NCBI GenBank assembly: GCA_000708835.1
Contig: DF236965.1
Location: 1-64,000 of the forward strand
Origin: Klebsormidium nitens
Lineage: Eukaryota > Plantae > Klebsormidiophyceae
Direction of reading: 5' to 3'
DNA length: 64,000 nt
Part shown: in pieces, positions 46,744-59,581 of the stretch
Layout of the letters: each line of letters begins with the position of its first letter
How positions within the stretch are numbered: position 1 is the stretch's first letter
Translations under genes and position numbers: made by a program
The notes under the pieces: generated by a model
Told to the model about the DNA's origin: nothing
The model's database searches: none
What the model saw: only the letters and a program-made list of their open reading frames with translations

Positions 46744-47910
46744 TGCAGCCTCGTCATCCTCATCCAGCGGGGCCTCTCGTGCTTCCTGCTGGAGCTCCCC
46801 CCCCGCTGGGACGGGCTCAAGACCCGTGGCTGCAGACAGGCTGCTGAACACACAGTCTCTGACTGCGGCATTAAGCGCCCATGCACTGTCTGCAACAAAG
46901 TCGACCGCTCTCTGGAACACGCAAAACAGCGATGCCATCACGCTCGCAGCTACCCTTCGCTGCTCCTACGCAGTCACTCCGAGGCTCGACTCGTGAACAA
47001 GCACTCGCAATCGCAGCTCGCAGCAGAGCACAGCACGTCGCTAAGCGGAACGCCTGAACGCCGGAGAGAGTCTTTCTCTGCCACTGGTGCAGAGAAATGA
47101 AGCTTTCGCCTAGGCGAAGCAGACTATTAGTCTATTAAACCTTCGAAGGATTGAGCACGCGGCGGAGGCTACGCGGCCGCGAGCCGGGCCCGCGCGCGAC
47201 CCCGGCCGCAGGCTGAGCTCGTCCCAAACCTCCAACAACGGCCAAGCCTTTTCGACTGGCGTACTCGTGCGCAGACCATGTTGAAAGCTGCAGCTTCGGA
47301 TTGCTCTTAGACATGCGAAAGGAGCCCGTGTAGACATTCTTCTGTCTAGTTTTTATATGCATGTCCATTTGCAAGCTCGGCAGCCTGCTTTTACCCAAAG
47401 AGGCTTCGCATCAAGGTTCATGTGCATGCTACTAGTATGAAGCAGCTATTGATCGAGCGATTGGCTTCAGCAAACCGTGTGCACGTATATAATGGCGCAC
47501 GTACTGAGTTGGTAGAAACGTTCATGCTGTCAAATTGTCCCGATGAAAAGTCTCCTCGATCCTGGCATGTATGTGAGCAAGATTCGAGGTTGACGGGGTT
47601 TCTAAAACTCGGGCCAACCGCGGCCTGCATGAGCCTGGTGCATGCATAAGCGGTATCATGATCATCTGGACAACATATGGCGCGTCCCATGTGGATAAGA
47701 TCGTGTATCGCCAACTCACGAGGGACTATCCTTTCATATGCAGTACGTGAATACAATCATTCATTGTACATCATTAGCTCGACCAGTTTTACTCCGTAGA
47801 CAAGAATGGTGACAAAATGCGCGCTTTCTTCAGGGGCCCCTATCTCATCGTCCTACCTTTGAGCTGCTGCCACATGTTTTCTGAAATTACTCTGCTAGCT
47901 TACTGTGTGC

Positions 47911-50900
47911 TTAATTGAACGCCTCCTCCGGTCTTGACAACACCCAGTCAATCCAGTCCTGACCTCCTACCATCAGCTCTACGGTCGGGTCATCTTCCGT
48001 GCTGTCCGGATCTCTCCCCTTTCTTGACTCATCTTCCTCGACACCATTAGGCGGTTCGTTTCTCTCTGTTTCACCGTTTGGCAGTCTGTCTACCACTCCC
48101 CCGCCACCGTCTCTAACACTGCCCGGTTCAGTATCCTTCATATGCCATGCTTCCTCCTTTGGATGTGTGCCGCTGCTCACTGCTCCAATTCCCTGCAAGA
48201 AGTCGTTCCCGCTCGGAAAGCCTCTTTCTTCCGGTGACGTGCTCGACAAAGTAGCCATTTCTTCTGCAGTTTGCACTTGCTCCAATTCCCCTTCCTCACC
48301 CACGCTCGCTACGCCAAACGTCTCCATTGCATCCAGAAACAGCTCGGACTGCTGCTCAGCTTCCGCAATCGTACTCTCCGTCATCTTTGCTCCGCCTTCG
48401 ACTACCGTCTCTTCCCGCTCAAGCTCCATTGCCTGGCACTGCGCTCCCGCTTCTGACTTCCCTGCCAATGAGCCGGTCTCGAGTCCCCGGCCAGATTCTG
48501 GGGCCCAGTCAGCGAGCTGCTGGCTGCACCCTTTCCGTTCCGCTCCCAGCCACGTGACGTCTCCCACCCCTAGTTGCCCCACCTCCGCTTGTTGCGCAGG
48601 ATCAACAAGATCTGCGGAAATTTTCCCACACCCAGGTAGATATCCAGCATCGCCGGTCTCTTGCGGATGGCTCGCTGCCGGTCCGTGCTCGTTCGCGCTT
48701 CGCGGCGTCCCCCGTGACGCTATCCCCTCCAGTCCCCTCCCCTCTTCAGTCTCCATATCGTTTAAGGTTCCCTCCTTCGAAGGAGAATCCGTACCCCCCT
48801 CGGTCGCACTTTCGACTGGTCCTGCTGGTACCCCAACCTGTGCTCTCTGGTTCTGCTCTCCGACTTGCCGCTGACCTCTCTCAATCTCCACCGCAACTTC
48901 GAGTGCCCCTATTTCTGCCGCATCTTCGTGTTTTACCGGCAGCAATGACGATCCATCTGCGTAAGCTGTGGCGACTGACGAACCAGGGAGCAAAGGCTCA
49001 GACTCGAGAAAAGGCAAGAGGCTCGGCTTTGTGACCCCGGCAAGGGCTTCCCTAGAAATACTCCCTTGCGCGCCTGGCCCCCTTTGGACCGCTCCTGAGA
49101 GGAAAAGCTCATCGGCGCCGGCCAACTCAACGCACCGCTTGCGCACCTCTTGTCGGAGAGTGCTAGCGATGAGGTCAGCGATGTACTGCTGACAAAGCGC
49201 GTCCAAACTTTGCGGCCCCGCTACGGCCTCAGAAGTAACCGGGATGCCAACCCCGGTATCTGACGGCAAGAACGGCTGCTCTACGGTCAGCACCGCCCCG
49301 TTTTCCGACTGGTACCCGCCGCCGTTTCGTCCCTCCTCTAGTTGCTCCCACTCCGAAGGCTGCAGTGAAATGGCAGACCCGTCTGCGGTTGTGTCGGGCG
49401 GCAATTCAGCGCCGCCGTTCGTCCCATTTGCAAGGCCCCCGTCTCGTTCTTCCGCTTTCTCACTTGGCCCCACTCCCCGGAAGTCCACGTCTGCTCCTAC
49501 GTCCACCTCCATGGCATCCTTCTCATCGACTGCTGGCGCCTGTTCATGCGGTGCCCTCTCCCCCGTTCCCGCTGCTTCTTGTCCCCCGCCTTCGTCGACT
49601 GCCGTTTCCACTAGACCCTCCGCTCGTTTCCTCTCCTCCGTGCAGCCATACACAGCTTCCGCCACGGCACTGTGGTGAACCGGCCAGGGTGAGGAAGTGT
49701 CTAGCCTTCCGGTTGCAGTATCCGGGGTCAGATCTGCCAGTCCAGATTCGACCACAAGCCCGACTGACAGAGACTGGTGCGCTTCGCCGGGCGTCGACTC
49801 TAGTGAGCCGCTTCCCTGGACGCTTGAGACTGGCTCGACTGGTTCCGAGGGGAGACACACCGCCGCTGACACCCGGTCCTCGACGCCAGTCCCGCGCTCC
49901 AAGACTATGACGTCAGCGCCATCTCGAAGTGCGCCTGTCCCAGTCCGGGATTCGCATTTATCCGGAGCCTGTTCCAACCCAGCCTCTACTCGAACAGCAG
50001 CGGGTTCGTTGTTCAGCTCCGGCGGACTCTGTGCCGACTGTGACGTCTGTGCTGACGGCACGGCCCCACCAGCTGGCAGGCACCCAGTCGGAGCAGAGGG
50101 GTTGATGACGCCAGCTGGGTCGGACGATTGGATGGGCAAAGGGGTGGGAAGGCTTGGGGAAGCGGCAGGGAAAGCGCCTTCTTTGGTTGCCGTGACGTCA
50201 CCCAGAGGTGGGGTTCTACTGCAGGGGGAGGAGAGCGCCAAACACCCCACAGGAGGCTTCGGGGTCTGAGGCGTTTCTTGTGGCGGGCCGACAATCTGCG
50301 ACGTCAGCTGCAAACGAAAGGAGGCCGAGATATGAGAAGTTGACGGCGCATCAACACGCCGTAAGGCTCCAGCCCAGGAAAGTGTCGGCACCCTGGTCTT
50401 AGCCCGGTCATTCCCCATCTTTGACCGAGTTCGAACGCTTTGGCCCCTGTGACCAAGCTCTCGCCTTTGAACTCAAACCGCGTGTAGATCGTTGCCAAAG
50501 CCTTTGCCTAGTACTCAGACCCTTCTGAAGCAGTCTCCGCATCTGGTTCATAGTGGTGAAAACGAGGATCATTTAGTCTCCCGTTCTTTGACGTACTTCG
50601 GCAAGGAGCCGATCTGAAATCATGTTCGTGCATCATGACAATGCAGTATCCTTTACTTCGCAAGGTGTCAACGCAAGTGGCAGTGGATAAACGTCCTTCT
50701 TATCATGCTGCGCAATCTCCAAATTTGATTTGCTTCCCTCACCTGCTTCTGTGCTGCGGCCTGCCCCGCTGCGCCGCTGCCCATGAACTCGACTTCGGAA
50801 GTGCCTGCGTCATCCGCCTCGTCCGGTAGCTCCTCCAGGCCGAACAGCCGCTCGAGCATCCGCAGCAAGTCCAGGCGGCGCAGGGACGCAGACTCGGAGG

Positions 50901-53900
50901 GGTACCACGTGCGGCCCAACTACAAAGATCGTCAATAAGTCTCAGAATTGCGTTCAATCAGGCCTAGTTTACTTAGATCAGTTTCCCCGGCTTGATTAAA
51001 CAAAGAACTCAATGCAGAGTTGACATACTCCGAACCCGTACCTTCCCTCAATCCTCAGGTCTTACCTCTCCCGTCCCTGGACATTGACCTAAATAATCGT
51101 AGCCAGTACTCAACGTCAAATGAGATCGCTCATGTGGCTGTTGACATCCTCAATCTATTGGTAGAGCGGCGCCTGTAGAATCGCTTTGACGGAAAGGCCG
51201 GTGAATCGATCAATTCGGAGATTGCCTGCAGTTTGACAAGTATCGGACAGTGCAACAAACAGAAGGGGGATGCGAGCACCGATGCCTGCCTCCGAGCAGC
51301 GTTTGTTTCGACACCGCCCTCTTATTTACCCCGGCCCTGAAAGAATACGAGGTGCGGCTAAGCGGCAGAAGCATGCGCAGACTGAGATTTCGAATATCTT
51401 CATCATTCACCGAGTTTTGCAGCTTGTCCTCCCTGCGGGAATCCTGGCAAGCACAGACGCAAGAAAGGGTAGGGACAGACGCAAGAAAGGGTAGGGGCGG
51501 AATAAGGGGCGCGGCGCACCTGGAGCGTGGAGGTGAGGTCCGCAAGGCGGAACATGGCGGGGGCGGTGGTGACAAACGTCTCGAGGCTGTGAAGGAGGAA
51601 GAGGCCGCAGTCGAAGTCGTTCTGCTGGAGGGGCACCTGCAATGGAAGCGAAAACAAGTGCGTCAGTAAGAAACCAGGTCGGAAAATTCGCTCGCAAGAC
51701 GACCTCGTATGGTAAAGGCCTTTAACTTTGTCGAGAGACAGGGCTAATCGCATGGCGAATTTGCCGACCGACGAATCTGCAAAGCTGTCAAACCCACAGT
51801 AAGGCGTCAGCTAGTGACGCAGCCAGCAACTCAAGAAGCACGGACAGTCTGCCAGCACCAGCGGCTTGTTTCACAAGGCGTAATACAATCCCGCACTACG
51901 AGGCTAGAAAGAACGCATCTTGAAAAACTCGTCGAGTAGTGGACCGGTGTGGTGGACGTTCAAGAAAAGCCTGGTGCAGCCTAGGTCTGGCTCCGTGCAC
52001 TTACTGGCACGCGCTTGACCAGGATCTTGTCGGCGTTGAAGGCGGGGCGGGCGTTGGCGAGCGGCTTGTGAGAGCGGGTGCCGGCTTGGGCGCCCGGGGA
52101 GAAAGACGGGGCGGGCTCAGTGCGAGGCGCAAGCTGCTGCAGCACCTCCCAGGCCAAGTAGCTGCAGAGCCAACGAATCATATGAGATGACGCTTTCCCA
52201 CTTTTAAGACGGTTCATCAAGCTACATACGTTGGTCTAGCTCGCTGCAGCGAGACGGGTTGGGTAGGTTCGGGGTTTAAGCTAGGTACAGGTGCGAAGTT
52301 ATAAGCATTGGGTTAGAATTCCGGTCATGTGCGCCTAGAAGGTTGAGGCCACCATAAGCAGGCAAGATTGATACTCTGATGAGAAGACGATGCAGGGACG
52401 GGACTGGGAAAGGACGGATCGAGAGTGGGTCCACTGCGGTTTCATTAACCGAATCCGGTGGACGATTTCTCCGTTGAACGTTCATATGGGCGATCCAACA
52501 GAATGTCGCACATCAGCTTTCAGCCGGAAACTTCAGTTGATAAAAAAGATTGATCGGAGCGAACGGATACTAGACACCTCAACGAGTAATGAGCACGTCA
52601 TCAGAATGATCACCAAAGTCACCAAGCCCGTGAGTCAACGGGCGAAAACCACTCAACATGAGTGGCAAGCCGACTCCACGGACACTGCATCGATTCGACG
52701 TCTCGCTCGATTCTCCGGCTGAGAATCCTTGCCCGCTTAGAACTATTTCCTCACCTCTTGAGCTGCCTTGTGACACTGGACGTGGCATGCCCCCCGTGTT
52801 TGGTGCCCAGCGAATCCAGGTGCAGGATGGCGGGGGTGGGGATGCTCGCAGGGCCCGCTTTCGCCCCCGGGAGGGCCAGCATGCGCTCCTCGGGGAAACA
52901 AATGACCGCGAGCGTCCAGTGGTCCAAATCGTGGATGGGCACGAAGATGTACTGCTTGGCTAGCAGGTCGATGCCTTTGGTCCATCGTCGCAGACGGTGG
53001 AAGTCGGGGCCGTCGGGGTGCCGCCGCAGCCGCTGCGCATGCGAGAGAGCGACTTCGCAAAGAGGATGTTGGGGATTATGATCGCTGTTGGTGTGAGTAT
53101 CGAAAGAGGTGACATAAAGGTCCCGAGGATCCAGAAAGGCCTGGATCTCCGATCCTGGATTTCAAACGAGGAAAGAAGAGCGAGGATGTTTGAAGCAACG
53201 CAAAGCGGAGATTCCGCCTTCCGTTGAGCGAGCGACTGACTTGCTGGATGACATTCTCTCATTGATTTCCAAGGCTTTTGATTCCAGTCGGAGTGTGTTG
53301 CGGGTCATCAGATGGTGAACATGCTTGCAATCGTGGTGTAAAAACTACTGGAAATACAATCATCGGCTGCTTTTGATTCTCTTCTTTGATGGTTGATGCC
53401 TAGCAGAACGAGTCCTCGGTCGCCAAGCGGCACATGAAGAAGGGATCTTGTTTATTAGCGGCACAGTTTGAGATGCCTGGGGCTTGCCTGTGCGGTGGTG
53501 AGCTGCTTCAACTTCTTGTAGAAGAAACTGTTCAGGAACAGACACGAGTCCAGCGGAAGGTCGGAGCGTGGCCAGTTGATCTGGAGCCACCTGGAGGATT
53601 GCGCTGACACGGTGAACACCAGTGTTTCTCAAATCTGGTGACCGGCTTGCATCAGCATTCGCTCAAGGAGGAGTTTCCTCTGGTCATACCAAGGGTCTCG
53701 GAATCTCGTTTGTCATGGAGCGGCTTCCGAAGTTGACGAGAGCCTTCGGTTCGAGACTATGATTGAATAAGACCGACGCACCGGTAGTAACAATCACAAA
53801 TGAGCAAGCTTTGTGATCTGGAGATTTCGTTGCACATGTCTTAGTCGACTTCTGGATCCCCTCTCACCTCATGTAGAACTCAATGATGGTGTCGTTAAGA

Positions 53901-54752
53901 AACGCTCCCGGCGCCAGGCAGCGCACCTCCTCTCCATGGATGGCAATCGATTCGCCATCACTGCAGAACTAGCACTGAGCCCCATCAGTCATAAGGCCTG
54001 ACAGGCGATACAGTCGCTTGTACCACCACCTTTTTGGGAGTATCTAGTTCTGTACTTTCAACTCAACTTCCTAGAAACAATGAAGACTTTCTATAAGATG
54101 AGAAGCAAGCACCACACAACCGCCTGACCAAGAATCTTCCGGTTTTCGCTCACTCGTCAGGAAAGTTGCACACTCTGCCCTCCAGCCTGCTCCATCTCTT
54201 GGCCTCCGCTCTCGCCGGTGTGGCTCGCAGCCCCTCCCGAAGCTCTGTAACCTCCTCCAGAGGCCTACCTGCCTGCAGGGCCCCGCCTTCTGCTGTACGC
54301 CCCTCTTCATCATCTGATTCTGTTAAATCAATGCATGATCCCAACGTGTGCCGCCGCTTCCGTTTCCTTGGGCTCCGTCTCTGCCGCCGGATGACCAACT
54401 CCCCTGGGTGTGGGGTGGGGATTGAGCCATCTTCTAAAGGTGGTGTCACACGCAAACTGGACGCATCAGCTGTCTGCTGGGGGAAGGGCTTGTAACATTG
54501 GAAAGGCAGCAATCTGGCCGTTCCAATCTGTGCAGCTGAACTGTGCAAAGACCCGTCCTCAGATTGCAAGGCTGTCAGAGTGCGGACGGGCCCGTCGGAA
54601 TTGGCTGCTTTGTAGAAGAAGACATGGTCAGTCTGGACGCCAGCCTCTATGCGCGGCGCTGGCAATTGGGCGGTGTCAAATGTTGGGGCGAGCTTGAGGC
54701 GCTTTGGCATAGGCACCAAAGTCTGGTGGGTGCTGACACAAGGCTCATGCTG
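47911..54752 (-). CDS. ULP/SENP-family SUMO protease (peptidase C48, ULP2/SPF-like) with a roughly 800-aa acidic C-terminal tail; 5' end not resolved
   Basis: Exons about 54752-54154, 53960-53868, 53590-53488, 53032-52755, 52161-52005, 51636-51520, 50919-50743, 50307 (or 50295)-47911. Motifs FLNDTIIEFYMR, NSFFYKKL, RRWTKGIDL, IFVPIHDLDHWTLAVIC (catalytic His), LHLDSL (Asp), PLQQNDFDCGLFLL (oxyanion Gln and catalytic Cys). The intron after 53488 needs a GC donor. Confidence 0.9.
51453..51496. repeat. Intronic 22-bp exact tandem duplication
   Basis: ACAGACGCAAGAAAGGGTAGGG x2, in the intron between the SUMO protease exons at 51520 and 50919. Confidence 0.9.
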
Positions 54753-55745
54753 CTGAAACATGGCAGCAGATTGGTACTAACTTACGCATCAGGAATTGGG
54801 ACAGAATGCACCACTAAGCTGATGCCCATCGACAGGAGATACTCCGCTTGTGCCAGCCTCTTCCGGACTTTTGGAGCTGAGTATATGTTGATCTGCACCA
54901 CATGGAAGAGCTTACTCAAGAAGTGATTGCCCGCATATATTCATCACGCGGGGAATCAGGAAAGTCCCGGCTGCAAATTGCTTTAAGAAGTCAGGACACC
55001 AGTGTGTTTATGGGGTGCAATCTGCTGATCAACAGCCGCTGGCATTCTGGCCCCATGCCTTCCTCATGGCAATGCCAATGGTCTAGGGCCATGGCATTGG
55101 CAGCACTCTTGAATCTTGAGTCTGCAGCTGTCTCCCATTATAACAATGCACTTCACTGACATCAGACTCAGTATTGGACAACTGGAGTTTCCGCCTGGGT
55201 AGCTGAAACCTTCCTTTGCAAAGTAGTCGGGGATCAGCACCGAGGCTTTGAGAGTCTTGAATCGACCGGCTGGTTACAAGAGCTACCGGCACGTATCAAA
55301 GAAGTTAACCCATGCATGCAAGAATTAACCCGGACTTCCGTCAGCAGACCAGCTGCATGCTGCGCAACGCCAAAGCTGGCCAATGCACAGACGAATGCAG
55401 CAGGCTGCAGAACAGCTAGGCGGCTGCCATGTAAACGAGCTGTAGAGGTATCTACTTTCATCTTAGCTCTGCAGCTTCTAAGCGGTGTCTGATTCTTCGT
55501 TGTGCAGTAGATAAAGCGTACTGATGTACTACGCCCGGAGAACTTTCCTCAGCTGATGTAAAGATGCCCGCCAGGTTGAGTCCGATTTCGCAGTTCCCCC
55601 CTCCTTTGGGAAGGCTTTGCAACCAATTCATGGCTTCGTTAGTCTGAGCAGCATCCTTGCTATTGCGGTCTTCATACAACTAACTTAATGCAAAGGCAAG
55701 GGGGCTCGCTATCTACGTTGGGCTTCACTCCCTGACATCCTTACA

Positions 55746-58700
55746 ATGCTGGGTTGTACTTCACGTGCAGCTTGCACATTTTCCCCAGGTTTAGCACTCT
55801 GGCACAACTCACAAATCAGACAGCATCATAGTGCAGAATGTGCGCCTAGCATTAAAGAGGTCGACCAGCTTGCTCACAGATGTGGTGGTGGTAATTTTCT
55901 AGGACAGAGTGTCAAGTCTACAAAGGCGGCCAAGTGCACGACAGAAGGAAGTTCAAGTTGGAGTACAGGTCAAAGTATCTCAAGGCAGAACAGGAAGGGG
56001 TGTAGGAACGGCGGTGCAACTGTCTGTTGCAATGGCCCCCTCTCCGTGGTTGAGGGAAGGGCTGCCGGGCCGGAAGCGGGCGAAATTGAAGATCTGAAGG
56101 ATGCGCTGATGTCAACAAAGGACCGGACCATGAAACAAAAGTTCATGACCCGCTGGCAAGCCCCTAACTTTTTTCCACACCCACTGCTTGCACATTCAAG
56201 CTCCTTTGCAGAGCTTTGCTTCAACCCCAAGGTACTTGTTGTGGGTTTGAAGCATGAGATTTTGATAGACTTCTCCAGGTTCGATTGTCAAAGTGGCTGC
56301 AATAATCCTGCGTGCAAGATTCAAACTTTTGGTGGGGCGAAACAGAAGGGATTATTCTCGCAGGTATGAGGTGGGGGCAAACGGGAAAGCCAGAATGGAG
56401 ACAATTGCAAACTACATGCAGGTGAGGTACGGAACAAGAGAGATTAATGATATTTGGAAACTTCCTGAGCACGGCCATGTTTGTCAGGCCGTTGCGGGGG
56501 TTGTTGCAAACCTGATGACTTGTAACCACACATCTGGGGATGTTATAGGATCTCGGAAAGGGTAAACATGGAGGAAACAGTCCAGATTCTGGGAACAGGA
56601 CTCAAGTTGAAGCTTTTTGAAAGGCCACGCCTTCAAATCGCTGCAGGAGATTGGGGCGAATCACGTCAACACACTTTACACGTCTAGTGATGGACTCGCC
56701 ACAAGTCCGCTGATGAAGAAACATGGTCTGGTGTGGGTGATCACGAAGATGCATATAGAGATGGACTCATATCCCAGCTGGTAAGCAAGACATTGGCCTT
56801 CGACCCATGGCTCAAGCCTCTGTTCGACATGAACCGTCTGTCAAGCATTCTCTGAATCAACCGACTTTAGCCACAGTCTGAGTTGGTCGGTACAAAGTTT
56901 GGTCGCAAGATTCACGTTGCAAAGTTGGAGTTGTGAAAGTTGGTCTATGAAGGGCAGGGGACGATCGAGCAGCAACTTTCTTAGCCACAAGTCGACATCA
57001 AGGCTCTGCCACATGTCTGGCACATTAGGACTCCAGTCAGGCCATAAATCTCACCATTGCTTCTGAAGTCGGATAGCCAATGTACTTCTCATTTCTCAAG
57101 CATCCGAATGGTCAGGTCGGGTAACAATAGGAAGGGGTTACAAAGGCCGGCCCTTTGGAGGACGGAGAAGGGTTTCTTGAGTCTACATTCAATACGTAGT
57201 AGAGCTCCAGAATTGTCTGCGAGCTTTTGTGATTTTTTGGTGATTTTTCTGGTGCAGGGGCGATGTCGTGTTGGTCGAGAGCTGGACGGAGCCTGTTGGG
57301 AAAAACGGGGGCCGAAGAGACTGGACCTTCTCGAACAGCCAAACAGGCGAGGAGTTGGGGCGCGCCACTAGGTAAGGCACGAACCAAAACGGTTGGCGTT
57401 TCAATCGCTGTAAATGAGCATGCCGGCAACTGAATGTTACTCTCACCTCTTCCCTTCGTGGGGCGCGTGGCATACACCTGATATTTTGACCGTCGCACTT
57501 TTTAAATGACCTTATCTTGCAACCCAAAATCGTTCGTACCATGTTTTTTTTTCAGATATCTCATCGGCAATGGCCTGTTTCATGCCAGTTTTCTGTAGAT
57601 GGCGCTAGTGTGCCTGACTTGCGTTCAAACCTACTGCTGCTCTTATCTTCGCAGCCTGTGGGTCATGATGAACCTAGACACCCGGAGGCTGGCCCGCATA
57701 CCAGAGGACGTGCGCAACGAATACGCATCCTTCTGTCCGGAAGTACCGAGGTATGCCACTCTCAGAACGGTCGTCTCGGATCTCTTCTTTTCACAAATGA
57801 TCTTGAACGAGTGTTGTCATGAGTAAGTTGAACTTGATACGCTCACGACTTGTACCTTCTCTACCACTTGTTTTTGAGGTGAGAACGTGTTCGGTAGAAA
57901 GATTTCGGTCAAGGCTTTAGGTTCTTCTATGGCACCTTTGCCACAGAAGGAAGCCTGTATCAAGCAGCCCGGTCCCATTCCACTCCCAGCTCTTCAGAGG
58001 TCCGTAAAATGCAAGGTCAACGTGTTGCAGCGCCAGTCTGCAATGCACTAGGTTCAAACTTCGGGATCCGACGATATCCTGCACTTCCGAGCCATTTGTA
58101 GACTAACCGAACAACCCGTCGAAATCACATGTCGTCCCTGCGTTTAAAAGGGCCAAGCGTCCGCCGTTTTTGCAGGTTTGCCATCGCGGATCAGGCGAGC
58201 ATCAGCCAGCGGCTGCCGCAGGGAGAGGGGCCCCCGACTCGCTCCGCAAAAGACCTTCAGGTCAGCAGGGTTTCGCTTGCAATGAGTGCGTGATTTTTGG
58301 CCAAACAACGGCCAACGGAAAGGCTCGGAATACTGCACACGACGAATGGTTGAGGAAAGAATTTTGCTGGAGGATTGGACAGTTTGCGTCACCAATTAGG
58401 CATATGGAGTGGTGACAGTGACTGCTGGGCCATCATAACCCTTGTTGGACTATCTGGTGCACGGACAAGAGTAGTTTTGCAAGTCTCGCTCTCGCCGTGT
58501 GTTCCAGAAAGCCCCACGATTTGGATTCTGACGTCCGGTTTTGCAGGCCCGCTTCTGCGACCTGGACCTGCACCACCACATCAACAACGTCACCTACACC
58601 AGCTGGTTCCTCGAAGTGAGCCGCAGCCGGAAACCCACTGATCGACAACTGTTGGCTGACAACTCTTGTTCTTGATTCATTTCGAATCCGACATTCAGCG

Positions 58701-59310
58701 TGGGTTGTAATCCAGCTTCCGTGACTACTTGAGCCCAGGTTTGAAAAGGGCCCGCTCTAATTCTGAAGTTAAGAAGTATCGTCACGAAACGATGCGCTGC
58801 AACAACGTGGGGAGAAAGTGCTCACGTGAATGAGGGTGCTCAGCCAAAAGCGCCCCGCCTTTGCTTCACGGGTGTGCGCACCCTGTGAGATCAGGAACAT
58901 GTCCTCCCTTCGGTTCGTTCAGCTTCATCACAGATGCATAACACATGGAAGCTCGCGACAATTCACCATCACTCGGAGTTAGAAAAGCTGTGACTCTGAC
59001 GAGGAACATTCATCCGCAGGCTATCGACCGCAACCTTTGGCAGACGCACGACCTGTACTCCATCACCATCGAGTTTCGGCGGGAGTGCACGGGGGAGGAT
59101 CTGGTGGAGAGCATGCTACATGCTAAGGAGACTGGCGCTAACCAAAACGGCCATGCGAAGCTGCACGAGGGCGAGCTTACGTTCTTGCATTCGCTGTGCT
59201 TGCAAGAGTCGAGGAAGGAACTAGCACGGGGGCAAACCCGGTGGCGAAAACGGAAAGAAGGGACGGAAATCTGGACGGAGCGAGAAGCTACGAGTACGGA
59301 AGGAAACTAG
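55746..59310 (+). CDS. Plastid acyl-ACP thioesterase (FatA-like); 8 exons
   Basis: Exons 55746-56155, 56364-56421, 56647-56780, 57258-57371, 57655-57750, 58176-58260, 58547-58615, 59020-59310, all in phase. It has a transit-like N-terminus, then KQKFMTRWYEVG, ETIANYMQEIGANH, LVWVITKMHIE, YPSWGDVV, RRDW, RATSLWVMMNLDTRRL, DLDLHHHINNVTY and IEFRREC. Intron 1 has a GC donor. Confidence 0.92.
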
Positions 59311-59581
59311 ATCTGGACGGTTTTGTAGAGCAAGACGTTGCAGCCACGGCTTTATTTTGCAAGCAACTGAGCTAGAAGGCTTCTTCTATACGTTCTTCTG
59401 AGTTTGATGATGCTACCCGTGGCAGTTTGAAGTCAGATGCACTTGTTGGAACGCGCGCCGTGATGTGCTGCCGTTGTGCTCCCCCTTGAGATGATGTGAC
59501 CGCACATGCTAAGTAGATTCTGCTTCAGGTAGTTCTGAATCGCATGCTCGAGTAGCCATGGCGGCTGCAATGCTCTGCTTT

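Noticed and set aside
330-59310. Possible lipid gene cluster (DGAT2, G6PD, acyl-ACP thioesterase, reductase)
   Set aside because: The genes are spread over about 59 kb, interleaved with unrelated genes, and act in different compartments. No evidence of co-regulation.
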